Of a stretch of 64,000 nt of DNA, positions 24,662 to 34,584 are shown one piece after another. Made by a program: the position numbers and the translations under genes. The stretch covers positions 3,264,001 through 3,328,000 of the forward strand of contig JASGJH010000001.1 in the NCBI GenBank assembly GCA_047601445.1. The letters are read 5' to 3'. Under the pieces are notes generated by a model. That model did not search any database, was not told the DNA's origin, and saw nothing but the letters and a program-made list of their open reading frames with translations. Each line of letters opens with the position of its first letter. Position 1 is the stretch's first letter. This stretch comes from Myxococcales bacterium (GTDB lineage Bacteria > Myxococcota_A > Polyangia > Polyangiales > DASUME01).

Positions 24662-27580
24662 TCACCCCGATAGCGATTGGGCTGCGCGACGCCAGCGATC
24701 GCGCGCCACCAAGTCACCGGAGCGTGCGGCGAGGTCGGTGGCTTCGCGGTAGCGCTCGCGTGCACGGTCGCGTTCGCCCTCGAGCTCATCCACGGAGGCC
24801 AAGACGCCGAGAGCCCCAGCCGCAAGCGCGTTCCAGTCACCGTCATGGGCAAGATCCAGGGCCCGCTCGAGATGCTGGGTCGCCGCCTCGCTGTCGCCCA
24901 GGTCGATCAACACCTCACCCAGCTCGAGCTCGCAGGCGCAGCGCCGCGCCGAGCGCGGGTCGGCCTCCGTGAGCCGCTCGAGGCCCTCCCGCAGCGCGTT
25001 CACCGCGCCCAGGGTGTCGCCCTCCGAGCGGCGCACCCGGGACAGTGCCCAGAGCGCGCGGCCTTCGAGCACCTTGTTGCCGAGCTTCTGGGCGAGCTCG
25101 GCGGCGAGCCCCAGCTGCCGGGCGGCTTCACGGGGACGATCGCGCCGTTCGGCCACGCGGCCCAGGGCGAGGTTCATGCGAGCCCGCTCCAGGCTCATGG
25201 GCCCAGCCAGCTGCGAGGCCTCGTTGAGCACGCCCGCCGCGCCCATCACGTCGTTGCCCCATACCATGGCCTCGGCGAGCTGCCGGCTGAAGCTCACGAT
25301 GGCAGAGTCGAGGGCTTCGTCGCCCGTGTCCAGCATCTCGCGCCGGGCCAGCTCGAGGCCGTGTCGGAACGCCAGGGTGGCCACGCTCGGGTCACCGCGC
25401 TTGAGCGCTTCCTGGCCCATGCGCTCGAGCAGCATCAGCGCGGTCATGGGCTCGCCGGCGCGGAACGCATGCTCAGCCCGCACCTCGAGGGGCTTGCCCA
25501 CCTGACTCGCCCAGTCGAGCGCCTTGGAGTGCAGCGCCTTGCGCGCCTCGCCCGGGATGGAGGCCTCGACCACGTCGCGCAGGTAGGGGTGCGTGAAGGC
25601 GTATTCGCCGCTCGGCAACATGCGCAGGAGCTCGGACTCCACGAGCTTGGGAAGGGCCTGCAAGTCGTCGGCTTCCACCAGTTGGCGCAGGGCATTGATG
25701 TGCACGCGCTCGCCCAACACCGAAAGCGCCTGCACCACGCGCCGTCCCGCGACGTCGAGCACCGCCAGACGACGGGTGACCGCCTCGGCGAGCGACGGCG
25801 GCGCCGGCTCCTCCAGCGAGGGCTCCCACTGCAGCGTCCGCAGCTGCTCCAGATGCAGCGCGAGCACGCCGCCAGCCTGGGCATGCGGCGGCAGGAACTC
25901 GCCGCGCACGAACTCGCGGGCGAGGCTGTCGGCCAGGCCGCTCAAGCCCACCACCGCGGCCGGATAGCGGGCGATCCACGAGAGGTTCGCGTGACCCGCC
26001 ATGAGCAGGAACACCGGTAGCTTGGCAGCATACTCGGCGAACGCAGCCAGGACCTCGCTGCTGAGGCCGTCGCAACGGGGCAGGTCGTCGATGGTGAGCA
26101 GGACGCGACGATTGCGCGCGCGGCCTGCAGCCAGCTCGACCGCACGGGCCAGGGCCGCGGCCACCGCGGGCGCCCGCGAGTGCCCCTCGTGTCCCGGCAA
26201 GCCCTCCGGTGCCACCAGCTCACGCATACCCGCGCTGGCGATGGGATCGCGCCACAGCGAGCCGTCTTCGGCGAGTTGGGCCAGGCGCTCGTCGGGCACG
26301 TTGAGCAGCCGCGCGACAGCGTTGCGGATGGCGCAATAGGCCACCGGTGCACCCGATTCATCGGGCCCGGCCTCGACCACCAGGAAGCCTTCGCGAGCCG
26401 CCTGCAACCCGAGCTCGACCAACAGGCGCGTCTTGCCGATGCCCAGCTCGCCCTGGAGGTAGGCCACGCGGCTGCCGCCCTCGGCGCGCAACAACCCCAA
26501 CAGTTGATTGAACACGTCGGTGCGTCCCACGAAGGGACGCTCGCCCGGGATCATCGGGCCGCCGCGGAACGCGTCCGGCGTGGAGGGCGTCGACAGGCGT
26601 CGGCCGCAGTCGCCGCAGAAGGCCCGCTGGTCGTCGTTGGGCGCACCGCAGCGCGGACAGCGCACGCCGCTGATGCTCGTGCGCACCGCGTTGCTCACGG
26701 TCCGCAGTGCGCGCGACATCTCCTCGGCGTCCTGGTAGCGATCGGCGGGGTCCTTGGCCAACGCCTTCATCACCACATCGACCAGGGTGTCCGGGATACC
26801 GCGGTAGGGCGCGATCTCCTGCATGTTCGGCACGCGATCGAACACGTGCTTGCTCATCACCTTGGAGGGCGTATCGTCGATGAAGGGCAAGCGCCCGGTG
26901 AGCAGCTCGAACAGCACCACGCCCAGCGCGTACAAGTCGCTGCGGCCGTCTACCTCGAGCGCGCGCGCCTGCTCGGGAGCCATGTAGTCCGGCGTGCCCG
27001 CCACGAGTCCTCGCGCCGCTTCCGCGGACTCCACGTCGCGGATCTTGGCCAGGCCGAAGTCCACCACCTTCACGTGGTCGATGCCCCCGCGCAGGGTCTC
27101 GATCAGGATGTTCTCCGGCTTCAGGTCGCGGTGCACCACGCCGCGTGCATGGGCTTCGCTCAGCGCGCCCAGCACGCCCTGGGCGAGCTCCAGCGTGCGC
27201 GCGATGGGGACCGGCGACTCATCCTCGATGATGCGCGCGAGGTCACGCCCGCGCAGGTACTCCATGACCAGGTACAACATGCCGTCGGCAGTGCGTCCGA
27301 AGTCGAACACGCTGACGCTGTTGGGGTGGTTGAGCGAGCTTGCCGCGCGCGCTTCCGTGTAGAAGCGCGTGATCGAATCGCGATCACCGAGCAGATGACG
27401 ATGGACGACCTTGATGGCGACCACGCGGCCGAGCGCCTTCTGCTCGGCTCGGTAGACCCGGCCCATGCCGCCCACACCAACGAGCTCTTGCATCACGTAG
27501 GCGTCTGCGATCACGCGCCCCACGAGCGGGTCGACCGCCTCCGGCTCGCTCAACGTAAAGTCCTCCAAACTCTTGCTCAC
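24662..27580 (-). CDS. Ser/Thr protein kinase with zinc ribbon, AAA/P-loop and TPR-like domains
   Basis: GVGGMGRV, VAIK, HRDLKPEN, DFG, GTPDYMAPE; CPRC..CGDC; GELGIGKT; helical repeats. Confidence 0.92.
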   Translation of the reverse strand: MSKSLEDFTLSEPEAVDPLVGRVIADAYVMQELVGVGGMGRVYRAEQKALGRVVAIKVVHRHLLGDRDSITRFYTEARAASSLNHPNSVSVFDFGRTADGMLYLVMEYLRGRDLARIIEDESPVPIARTLELAQGVLGALSEAHARGVVHRDLKPENILIETLRGGIDHVKVVDFGLAKIRDVESAEAARGLVAGTPDYMAPEQARALEVDGRSDLYALGVVLFELLTGRLPFIDDTPSKVMSKHVFDRVPNMQEIAPYRGIPDTLVDVVMKALAKDPADRYQDAEEMSRALRTVSNAVRTSISGVRCPRCGAPNDDQRAFCGDCGRRLSTPSTPDAFRGGPMIPGERPFVGRTDVFNQLLGLLRAEGGSRVAYLQGELGIGKTRLLVELGLQAAREGFLVVEAGPDESGAPVAYCAIRNAVARLLNVPDERLAQLAEDGSLWRDPIASAGMRELVAPEGLPGHEGHSRAPAVAAALARAVELAAGRARNRRVLLTIDDLPRCDGLSSEVLAAFAEYAAKLPVFLLMAGHANLSWIARYPAAVVGLSGLADSLAREFVRGEFLPPHAQAGGVLALHLEQLRTLQWEPSLEEPAPPSLAEAVTRRLAVLDVAGRRVVQALSVLGERVHINALRQLVEADDLQALPKLVESELLRMLPSGEYAFTHPYLRDVVEASIPGEARKALHSKALDWASQVGKPLEVRAEHAFRAGEPMTALMLLERMGQEALKRGDPSVATLAFRHGLELARREMLDTGDEALDSAIVSFSRQLAEAMVWGNDVMGAAGVLNEASQLAGPMSLERARMNLALGRVAERRDRPREAARQLGLAAELAQKLGNKVLEGRALWALSRVRRSEGDTLGAVNALREGLERLTEADPRSARRCACELELGEVLIDLGDSEAATQHLERALDLAHDGDWNALAAGALGVLASVDELEGERDRARERYREATDLAARSGDLVARDRWRRAAQSLSG

Positions 27581-27714
27581 GCGCGGCCCCCCGCGCGCAA
27601 TCGACAGCGACTGCCCCAGATTCTAGCAGCGACAGCGTGCGGGAAGGTGCCTGATTTCGTACTGCCACGATCCCTGCAGGTGACTTTTCAGGGAGGCTTG
27701 ACTACGGTGTGCGC

Positions 27715-28476
27715 ATGACCGAAGCGGGACTCCACGGCAGCACGGGTGGGCTACGCGATCGGATCCCGCTGAACGCCTGGGTGCTCGCTCTGGGCCTACT
27801 CGCATGGGCCACTTCAGCGCTGCTCCCTAGCCTACATCGCGGTAGTTCCCTTTCGGGGCTCGCCCTCGCGTGCTTGCCGCTGGGGCCCATCCTGCTCTTC
27901 TCGGGCCTCTGGCTGGCCCGCGAACGCAAGGCAGCGGCTCCTTATGTCCTGTTGTGCGGATACCCAGTGAGTCTCGCGCTGTCCGCGAGCAGGCTCGATC
28001 ACGACACCGCCCTGGCCACGTTTTCACCCTGGATCCTCGCCTTTTCGCTGCTGGCTTTGGCCGGCTACTTGAGCCTTGCGAGCGCGCTGTGCGCGCTGCC
28101 CGAGCACGCCCGCAGCGTCGACCATCGTCCGCTTGGCGAGATCCCCCCGGTCGATCTCGAAACGCGCAAGCAAGCCATCGGAAAACTCACCTTGGCGGTC
28201 GTCGCAGTGGGCGCGCTCCTCTTGGTGAGCTGGGGATCGTGGGCCACCCCGGCCCATTTCCGCGAGATGTGGGGGCGGGCTGCGCCAGAAGGCGCCACGC
28301 TCACCGCGCTCGTCTCCGGAATCGTCGGTGCCATGGCGGTGTCCCTCGTTGGACCCGCACTGCGCGCAGAACGTGGGCCCAAGCCTGTCCGAGACCAACG
28401 CTTACAGCGCGTGGCGTGGCTGCTCCTGGTCTCGCTCTCCGGGCTGGTCGTCTACTGGTTGTTGCGCGGGCGCTGA
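27715..28476 (+). CDS. Hypothetical multi-pass membrane protein
   Basis: About 7 hydrophobic segments; fills the gap between neighbours. Confidence 0.7.
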   Translation: MTEAGLHGSTGGLRDRIPLNAWVLALGLLAWATSALLPSLHRGSSLSGLALACLPLGPILLFSGLWLARERKAAAPYVLLCGYPVSLALSASRLDHDTALATFSPWILAFSLLALAGYLSLASALCALPEHARSVDHRPLGEIPPVDLETRKQAIGKLTLAVVAVGALLLVSWGSWATPAHFREMWGRAAPEGATLTALVSGIVGAMAVSLVGPALRAERGPKPVRDQRLQRVAWLLLVSLSGLVVYWLLRGR

Positions 28477-28479
28477 TCG

Positions 28480-30525
28480 TCAGTCGTCCAGCCGGGTGGT
28501 CGACAGGTCCAGCGATACCTTGGTGCTGGTGCCGCTGGTGCCATGGACGCTCGCTTCATCCATGCGGCGCATGCCCTCGAGCAGCAGGTGCTCCGTGCTC
28601 GCGTGGACCGTCCGCGACGCCGGCACGAAGGTCGGATCGAGGGCGAAGTCACCGTCCGAGAGGGCCAACAGCGCGTAGACCGCCTCTTCTCCGGCGAGGC
28701 CGCGGAAGCTCGACTCGTAGATCTCACCGTTGCCGAACTGGATTTCACCCTGATGCCCGGCCGCCGAGATGCGCAGTGAGCCGGTCTTGCGCGTCCGGCT
28801 GAGCACCTGCAGCACGTCCGGCAGCGGCATCTCGCGCAGGGCTCCACTCACGCCGCGCGTCGCGCGCTTGGGCGTCCCCTTGGCGAGCACGTTGCGCGCC
28901 TTGGCCACCACCACGTCGGGAGAAGCCGGCTTGATGATGTAGTCCGCGGCCCCGAGCGCGAATCCGCGGTCCACCGAGGCGCGGTCGGACTTGCGGGTCA
29001 AGAACAGGACCGGCACGTCGGCTCCCTGACTCTGCTTGCGCAGCTGCTCGATCAACACGAAGCCATCGTGGGGCTTTAGCTCGACCTCGCACAGGACGGC
29101 GTCGATGCCTCCCTGCTGCAACACCTTGAGCGCCTGGTCGGCGCTTCGACACAGCACCACCTCGTAGCCCTGCTCTGCCAGGCGCAATTCCAGGACGGTG
29201 GTTTCCTCGGCGTCGGCGTCCACCAGCAAAACGCGCGGGCGGTCGTTCAACAGGCTCGACTGCAGGTCCTCACCCAGCGCGGCCACCCGGAACAAATCGA
29301 CCAGGTTGCCGTCGAAGATCTTGTCCTTGTAGCGCTGCAGGACCTCGACCGCGGCCTTGGCCGTGAGCGTGCGCCGAAACGGATTGCGCGCGTTGGAGGT
29401 GAGATCCGCGTAGGTCTCGGCGATGGCCAGCGCACGGGCGGCCAATGGGATGTCCTTGCCGGCGCGCCGATCCGGAAACCCCGTGCCGTCGAAGCGCTCG
29501 TACACGTGGGTCAGGCCATCGATGCAGGCTTTGGGCAACATGGCCGCGTCGAACAGGCGCACCGGCCCCAAGAAGCACTTCTTCGCCTGGGTGCGATGGC
29601 CCTCGTACTCCGCCACATTGAGCGCGGTCAGGTGATAGCTCGAGGTCTTGCCCACGTCGTGCAGGAGGCCGGTGAGGCGCAGCGCGTACACGTCCCCGGC
29701 CTCGAGCCCCATGTGCTCGCCGAGCTTCTGCATCAGGCGCGCGACGAGGGCCGAGTGCCCGCGCAGCTCTTGCCGCGGGTTCTCCAGCAACGAGACCAGT
29801 ACGTTCACGAGCTCGCTGCTCGAGGCGTAGGGCACCTGGGCCAAGATTTGCGAGCCCGTCTCCACGAAGGTGCGCTCGACGTCCTCGCTGACGCGTGCTG
29901 TCGGCGGTGGGGGCGGCGAAGCAGGGGCTCGCGGACGTGCCGGCGGCGCGGCCGGCCGGGCGACCGCAGCGTTGAGGGCGTTGGTGTCGAAGACGTTGCG
30001 CTCGTAGGTGTCCATCATCTGATGGAACTGCTGCACGCTGCGCTGATCGACCTTGCCGAACGCGTGGATGTCGCCCGCGTAGTGTTTTTGAATGGCCGCG
30101 CGCACCGCCAGCGGGCGCGCGACTAGTGGCTTCACGTTCGGCACGCTGGCCGCCAGCCGAACCTCGCGCGAAATGTCGGGGTCGTCCGCATCGGCGACCA
30201 CGAAGGCCAGGCTGTTCTCCTTGGGGCTGAAGAGCACCGGGAACACGCACAAGCGCTCCGCCAACTGACGCGGGATGAGCGCCAGGGTCGCGCGCTCCAC
30301 CTCGCTCTTGGCGAGCTTTTCGGTGGAGACGAAGTGGGTCTTGTAGAGGGCAGCCAGCCACTTGAGCAAGGTCGCCTCGTCGAGCACCCCGGTCTCCACC
30401 AGGGCGTCCTCGATGCGTGCCTCTTCGGCCTGGGCGTACGCGATCACGTCGCGCTTTTGCTGTGGGCTGATGCGCCGCTCCGCGAGCAAGCGATCGAGCA
30501 GGGCGATCTTCGGTGAACCAGGCAC
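28480..30525 (-). CDS. GSPII_N/MshEN-like + HD-GYP-like + receiver + DUF4388 signalling protein
   Basis: RIEDALVETGVL; HS..VARL, LLHDVGK, ERFDGTGFP; VLLVD..YIIKP; GVSGALREM.LPDVLQ...GEIQF.NGEI..LLLEGMRRMDE. Confidence 0.85.
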   Translation of the reverse strand: MPGSPKIALLDRLLAERRISPQQKRDVIAYAQAEEARIEDALVETGVLDEATLLKWLAALYKTHFVSTEKLAKSEVERATLALIPRQLAERLCVFPVLFSPKENSLAFVVADADDPDISREVRLAASVPNVKPLVARPLAVRAAIQKHYAGDIHAFGKVDQRSVQQFHQMMDTYERNVFDTNALNAAVARPAAPPARPRAPASPPPPPTARVSEDVERTFVETGSQILAQVPYASSSELVNVLVSLLENPRQELRGHSALVARLMQKLGEHMGLEAGDVYALRLTGLLHDVGKTSSYHLTALNVAEYEGHRTQAKKCFLGPVRLFDAAMLPKACIDGLTHVYERFDGTGFPDRRAGKDIPLAARALAIAETYADLTSNARNPFRRTLTAKAAVEVLQRYKDKIFDGNLVDLFRVAALGEDLQSSLLNDRPRVLLVDADAEETTVLELRLAEQGYEVVLCRSADQALKVLQQGGIDAVLCEVELKPHDGFVLIEQLRKQSQGADVPVLFLTRKSDRASVDRGFALGAADYIIKPASPDVVVAKARNVLAKGTPKRATRGVSGALREMPLPDVLQVLSRTRKTGSLRISAAGHQGEIQFGNGEIYESSFRGLAGEEAVYALLALSDGDFALDPTFVPASRTVHASTEHLLLEGMRRMDEASVHGTSGTSTKVSLDLSTTRLDD

Positions 30526-30651
30526 GGTGATTGACGATTCTACCGGAAGCGCCCCCTCGTCTGTTCAACGCTTCGCAGATCCTGTGGGTGGTTTGGTTGT
30601 CGCACACCCGGACGCCATGTCGGCTTGTTGCCGGGATGTGACCTGCAGGGA

Positions 30652-31191
30652 TCAGCCGGGCGACGTGACTTCCTCGCGCCGCAGCGCGGCCTTCACAGCG
30701 TCGACGAGCGGCAGCAAGCTGGAACGCTGGGCGAACTCCTCGGCCGTGAGCCAGGCGTGTTCATCGTGTTCCTCCGAGATGCGCACTTGGCCCGACACAT
30801 AGGCGGCTCGGAACAAGATCACGATCATCGGCTGGCCCCGTCGTTGGGCGGCGTAGGCCCGAAAGGGACGCGTCTCGAGCTCCACCACCAGTCCCGACTC
30901 CTCCTCGATCTCGCGGGCTACGGCGGCCAGCGGTTCCTCGCCATGTTCCACGCGCCCGGAGACCGTTTCCCACAGACCTGGTCCAGCCAAATTAGTGGGC
31001 GCTCGGCGCAACGAAAGCACCCTCCCGGCGCGCACGATCAAGGCCGCCACGGCGACTACGTGTTGCCCTTTTTCCAAGCTCCCTCCGCTCGCTCCGGTGG
31101 CCGAAGCAACACTCTGGAATTCGTCAACTTTCAGGCGAACGGCCGGACCCTCACCAGGAATTTCCAGATCGTGCGCAAGGCTCCATACCAT
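30652..31191 (-). CDS. NUDIX hydrolase
   Basis: GRVEHGEEPLAAVAREIEEESGL Nudix box; true start probably downstream of 31191. Confidence 0.88.
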   Translation of the reverse strand: MVWSLAHDLEIPGEGPAVRLKVDEFQSVASATGASGGSLEKGQHVVAVAALIVRAGRVLSLRRAPTNLAGPGLWETVSGRVEHGEEPLAAVAREIEEESGLVVELETRPFRAYAAQRRGQPMIVILFRAAYVSGQVRISEEHDEHAWLTAEEFAQRSSLLPLVDAVKAALRREEVTSPG

Positions 31192-31279
31192 TCGGGCTGG
31201 AGATGCGTACTACCCCTTGCCTGCTTGGTTCCGCGCTCGCCTCGTCGCGCGTGCGTCGACCCGCTGAGTGGCCCCTCAC

Positions 31280-33589
31280 ATGAAGCGAACGCCCCGCATT
31301 GACCGGCTCACCCCGGTGCCAGCACTCCCGGCATCCCCGGCCAACGACGCGCATGCCCAGCCCCCCATCGCTCGACCACGTCGCGCGGAGCTCCTCGCCC
31401 TGCTCCTGGGGCATGGCGCTGAAAGCATCGAGCTTCCTTCCCTGACCGACCTGGTGACGACCGTGATCGCCCTGGCCGAGGGCAAGCGGCGCAAGGTCAT
31501 CCTGCCGCTTTCGAGCAGCACCGGAGAGTTCGCCCTGGTGAGGCGCGCCGAGCAGGTGCTGCTTTGCTACTACGACAGCGGCCCCGTGCCACAGATCTTC
31601 GTCCGCGATCGGGCCATCGATCTGGCCGCGTTGATCGGCGCCTGCGGGGCCGCGGCCAAGGAAGCGGCCGAGCTATATCCCGCCAGCCAGGGGGAGCGAC
31701 CCGGCATCGTGCTCGCCGAGCGCATCCTGCGCACTCAGATCAAGCCCGACCGCACGCCCAATTTGCTCACCGTCTCCAAGCGCGGCGGCGCCCAGGGTGA
31801 GCGCGCCGACATGCCCCTCTGCTTCGGCTTCGCCGCGCGCATCCCCACGGGTGACGTGCTGTTGGCCGAGAGCGGCGCGCGCGCCGACGTACACGCGCTG
31901 TTGTTCGACGGCGAGCTGTGGGGCTTCGTCCATGGACGACGCATCATGCTGGCGCGCGGTCCGGTGTTCCCCGCCATCGCGCGCATGGTCAGCGCGGCGC
32001 GCAGCGTGGTCGACGCCTGGGAGAGCCAGCGCCCGTTGCACCTCAAGCTCAAGGCCGGCGACTTCGGCATTGGCCTCCGGCTCTCGCGGGAGGGTGAGCT
32101 TGCCGTCTCGCTGGCAGGGGTGGGCGGCGATTCGGTGAACACCCCGACCCTCGATGTGCCGAGCGCGCTGTTGCCCATCTTGAAGCTGGCCGGCGAGCTC
32201 GTGCGCTGCGTGGTCAGCGCGGACCGCGCCCAGGCCCGCAATCTGCGCCTCGGTGCCCTGCGCGACGAAGTGCGCGCCCTACGCCGCATCGTGCGCACCC
32301 GCGCCGCCCAGAAGAGCTTCACCAACCGTGACGCCGAGCTCCTGCGCGCCAGCTCGAGCGGTTCCACCGGCAGCCCGGCCGACCGGCCGAGCATCGGACT
32401 CGCCGGGTTGGAGAATCCAGGCAAGTTGCGCCTCAGCCTGCGCTGGCAAGCCGAGGTCGATGGACTCGACGCGAGCTCCACGTTCCTGTGCGGCGATCGA
32501 CTGGTGGTCGCCACCCCACGCTCCCAGCTGGCCCTGAGCCGCGAGAACGGCGAGCTCCTGTGGGCGCGCCAAATGAACGCCAGCGCCACCCTGATGGCCG
32601 GCACCTCCCTGCTCTGCGTCAGCTCCGAAGGCGACGTGGCGCTGTGTGACCTCGACGACGGCGAAGCCTACGCGCGCACCCGCATCGCGCCGCGCGTCGG
32701 TGGGCAGATCTCGGGCCTGTTCGCAGGGGGCCGCAACGCGCCTCCCGTGGCGGTCATCACCGAGGGGCGAGATCGCCTGGTGGCACTCGATGTCCGCACC
32801 GGCGAACCGCGTTGGCGCTTTCGTTCCCCGGGGCGCGGTGGCTTCCGCTTCACCCGCGCGGGCCGCATCCTCCTGGTGGTCTCGGGCGACAGCACGCTCG
32901 ACGCCATCGACGTGGCCACCGGCGACGTGGTGTGGCGTTGGTCCGACGCCGGCCGCATGACGTTGCCTCCTGTGATCACGCGCGAATACGCCATCGCCGT
33001 CTCGGGCGCGCCCGGCTGCTCACCCGGCGCCCTGCTCTGCTTCGACCTCTTCAGCGGGAAGCTCCGCTTCCGTCGTGAGCTCTCGAGCGCGCCACTCACG
33101 AGCCCTGTGGCGACCGACTCCATGGTGGTGGTCTCGACCTACCAAAACCAGGCGCTCACGTTGTCCGCGTTCGATCTGGAAACCGGACAGGAGCGCTGGA
33201 GCAAGGAAGATCCCGGTCTCGGCGAGGGCGGCGCGCCCCTCGTGGTGGATCAGCAGCTCGTGCTGAACACCCAACTCGGCGTGGCCTACGGCCTGTCGCT
33301 CGCGGACGGCAGCGTGTCCTGGTCCCATCGCATGGCGGACCCGCTGCGGGACGACGTGCCTCGGCGCCTCGAGCCTGTGTTGCGCGGCGGCGCTCTGTTC
33401 TTGCCCTCCGCCAGTGTCCACGTGCTGCGTCCCCATGACGGCAGCGTGGTCGGCGGCACCCTGTCCGAGGGCATCATCCCGGACTTCTTGCGCGTCGACG
33501 AGCGCGGCTGGATGTACCTCGCGGAAGAGAGCGGCCACATCGAAGCGTACGCGCCGGCCCCCAACCTGCGCCTGGTCAAGGCCGTCTAG
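31280..33589 (+). CDS. PQQ-binding-like beta-propeller protein with unknown N-terminal domain
   Basis: Repeated A(L/I/F)D..TG...W units (ALDVRTGEPRW, AIDVATGDVVW, AFDLETGQERW). Confidence 0.82.
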   Translation: MKRTPRIDRLTPVPALPASPANDAHAQPPIARPRRAELLALLLGHGAESIELPSLTDLVTTVIALAEGKRRKVILPLSSSTGEFALVRRAEQVLLCYYDSGPVPQIFVRDRAIDLAALIGACGAAAKEAAELYPASQGERPGIVLAERILRTQIKPDRTPNLLTVSKRGGAQGERADMPLCFGFAARIPTGDVLLAESGARADVHALLFDGELWGFVHGRRIMLARGPVFPAIARMVSAARSVVDAWESQRPLHLKLKAGDFGIGLRLSREGELAVSLAGVGGDSVNTPTLDVPSALLPILKLAGELVRCVVSADRAQARNLRLGALRDEVRALRRIVRTRAAQKSFTNRDAELLRASSSGSTGSPADRPSIGLAGLENPGKLRLSLRWQAEVDGLDASSTFLCGDRLVVATPRSQLALSRENGELLWARQMNASATLMAGTSLLCVSSEGDVALCDLDDGEAYARTRIAPRVGGQISGLFAGGRNAPPVAVITEGRDRLVALDVRTGEPRWRFRSPGRGGFRFTRAGRILLVVSGDSTLDAIDVATGDVVWRWSDAGRMTLPPVITREYAIAVSGAPGCSPGALLCFDLFSGKLRFRRELSSAPLTSPVATDSMVVVSTYQNQALTLSAFDLETGQERWSKEDPGLGEGGAPLVVDQQLVLNTQLGVAYGLSLADGSVSWSHRMADPLRDDVPRRLEPVLRGGALFLPSASVHVLRPHDGSVVGGTLSEGIIPDFLRVDERGWMYLAEESGHIEAYAPAPNLRLVKAV

Positions 33590-33611
33590 CCGGCGCCGAG
33601 GCGGGCTGTCG

Positions 33612-34439
33612 CTAGCCCAGGCGCCGGTGCTTCAGGCTCGGCACCTGTCGACGCACCCGCGCCACCACCTCACTGTCCACGCCGGCCAAGGCGATCCCTT
33701 CGCCCTCGCCGCACTGCGCGAGGATGCACCCCCATGGATCCACGATCATCGCGTGGCCGTAGGAGACGCGCTTCTCCAGGTGGTGCCCCGTCTGCGCCGC
33801 CGCTAGCACGTACGACTGCGACTCGATGGCGCGCGCTTGTAGCAGGACGTGCCAGTGATCCTTGCCGGTGTGCAGCGTGAAGGCGGCCGGCACCGAGAGC
33901 GCCACCGCTCCCAGGTCCACCAACTTGCGGTACAGCTCGGGGAAGCGCAGGTCGTAGCAAATACTGAGTCCCAGCTTGCCCAGCGCGGTCTCGGTGACCA
34001 CCGGGGTATCACCCGCTTTCACGCTGGCCGATTCTTTGTGCGACGAACCATCGCTCAGGTCCACGTCGAACAAGTGGATCTTGCGATAACGCTGCTTGAG
34101 GGATCCGTCGGCACCCAGGTGCACGCTCGTGTTGTACACGCGTGGTCCCCCCTCCTCGGTGAGCTCCGTAAAGCTCCCCAGGATCAGCTCCACGCCGAAC
34201 TCCCGCGCCCAGCCCTGGCAACGCGCGAGCACCGGACCGGGCGCACCATCGAGGCTCTCCGCCAGGGCTCGCTGGCTGCCCTCGGGGCCGATCCAAGCGA
34301 AGCACTCCGGGAGCACGACTAACTTGGCGCCCGCCTGCGCCGCTCGCTTCACCAGGCGCTCCGCGCTCTCCAGGTTGTGCGCCAGATCGGGCTTGGACGT
34401 CATCTGCACGACGGCAACTTGCGTGGTGGTCATGCGCAT
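33612..34439 (-). CDS. Carbon-nitrogen hydrolase (Nit1/deaminated glutathione amidase-like)
   Basis: LPEC, YRKIHLFD, ICYDLRFPE, RAIESQ, YGHAMIVDPWG. Confidence 0.93.
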   Translation of the reverse strand: MRMTTTQVAVVQMTSKPDLAHNLESAERLVKRAAQAGAKLVVLPECFAWIGPEGSQRALAESLDGAPGPVLARCQGWAREFGVELILGSFTELTEEGGPRVYNTSVHLGADGSLKQRYRKIHLFDVDLSDGSSHKESASVKAGDTPVVTETALGKLGLSICYDLRFPELYRKLVDLGAVALSVPAAFTLHTGKDHWHVLLQARAIESQSYVLAAAQTGHHLEKRVSYGHAMIVDPWGCILAQCGEGEGIALAGVDSEVVARVRRQVPSLKHRRLG

Positions 34440-34502
34440 CTTGTACCACCCGTTTTGCCGCCTGGCCCTCGCTCCACTTGCGCTGGCTTGCGCGGCTCGG
34501 TA

Positions 34503-34520
34503 AATGAATGTTCATTCATT
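34503..34520. promoter_or_regulatory. Perfect palindromic operator upstream of acyl-CoA dehydrogenase
   Basis: AATGAATG-TT-CATTCATT, overlapping a possible -10 (TAAATG, 34501) 17 nt after TTGCGC. Confidence 0.65.
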
Positions 34521-34584
34521 CTCGGACTCCTGGTGGCCCTTCAAGCGAAGCCCCGAGGAGGCGGGACAAGCCGGGACCTGTGCC

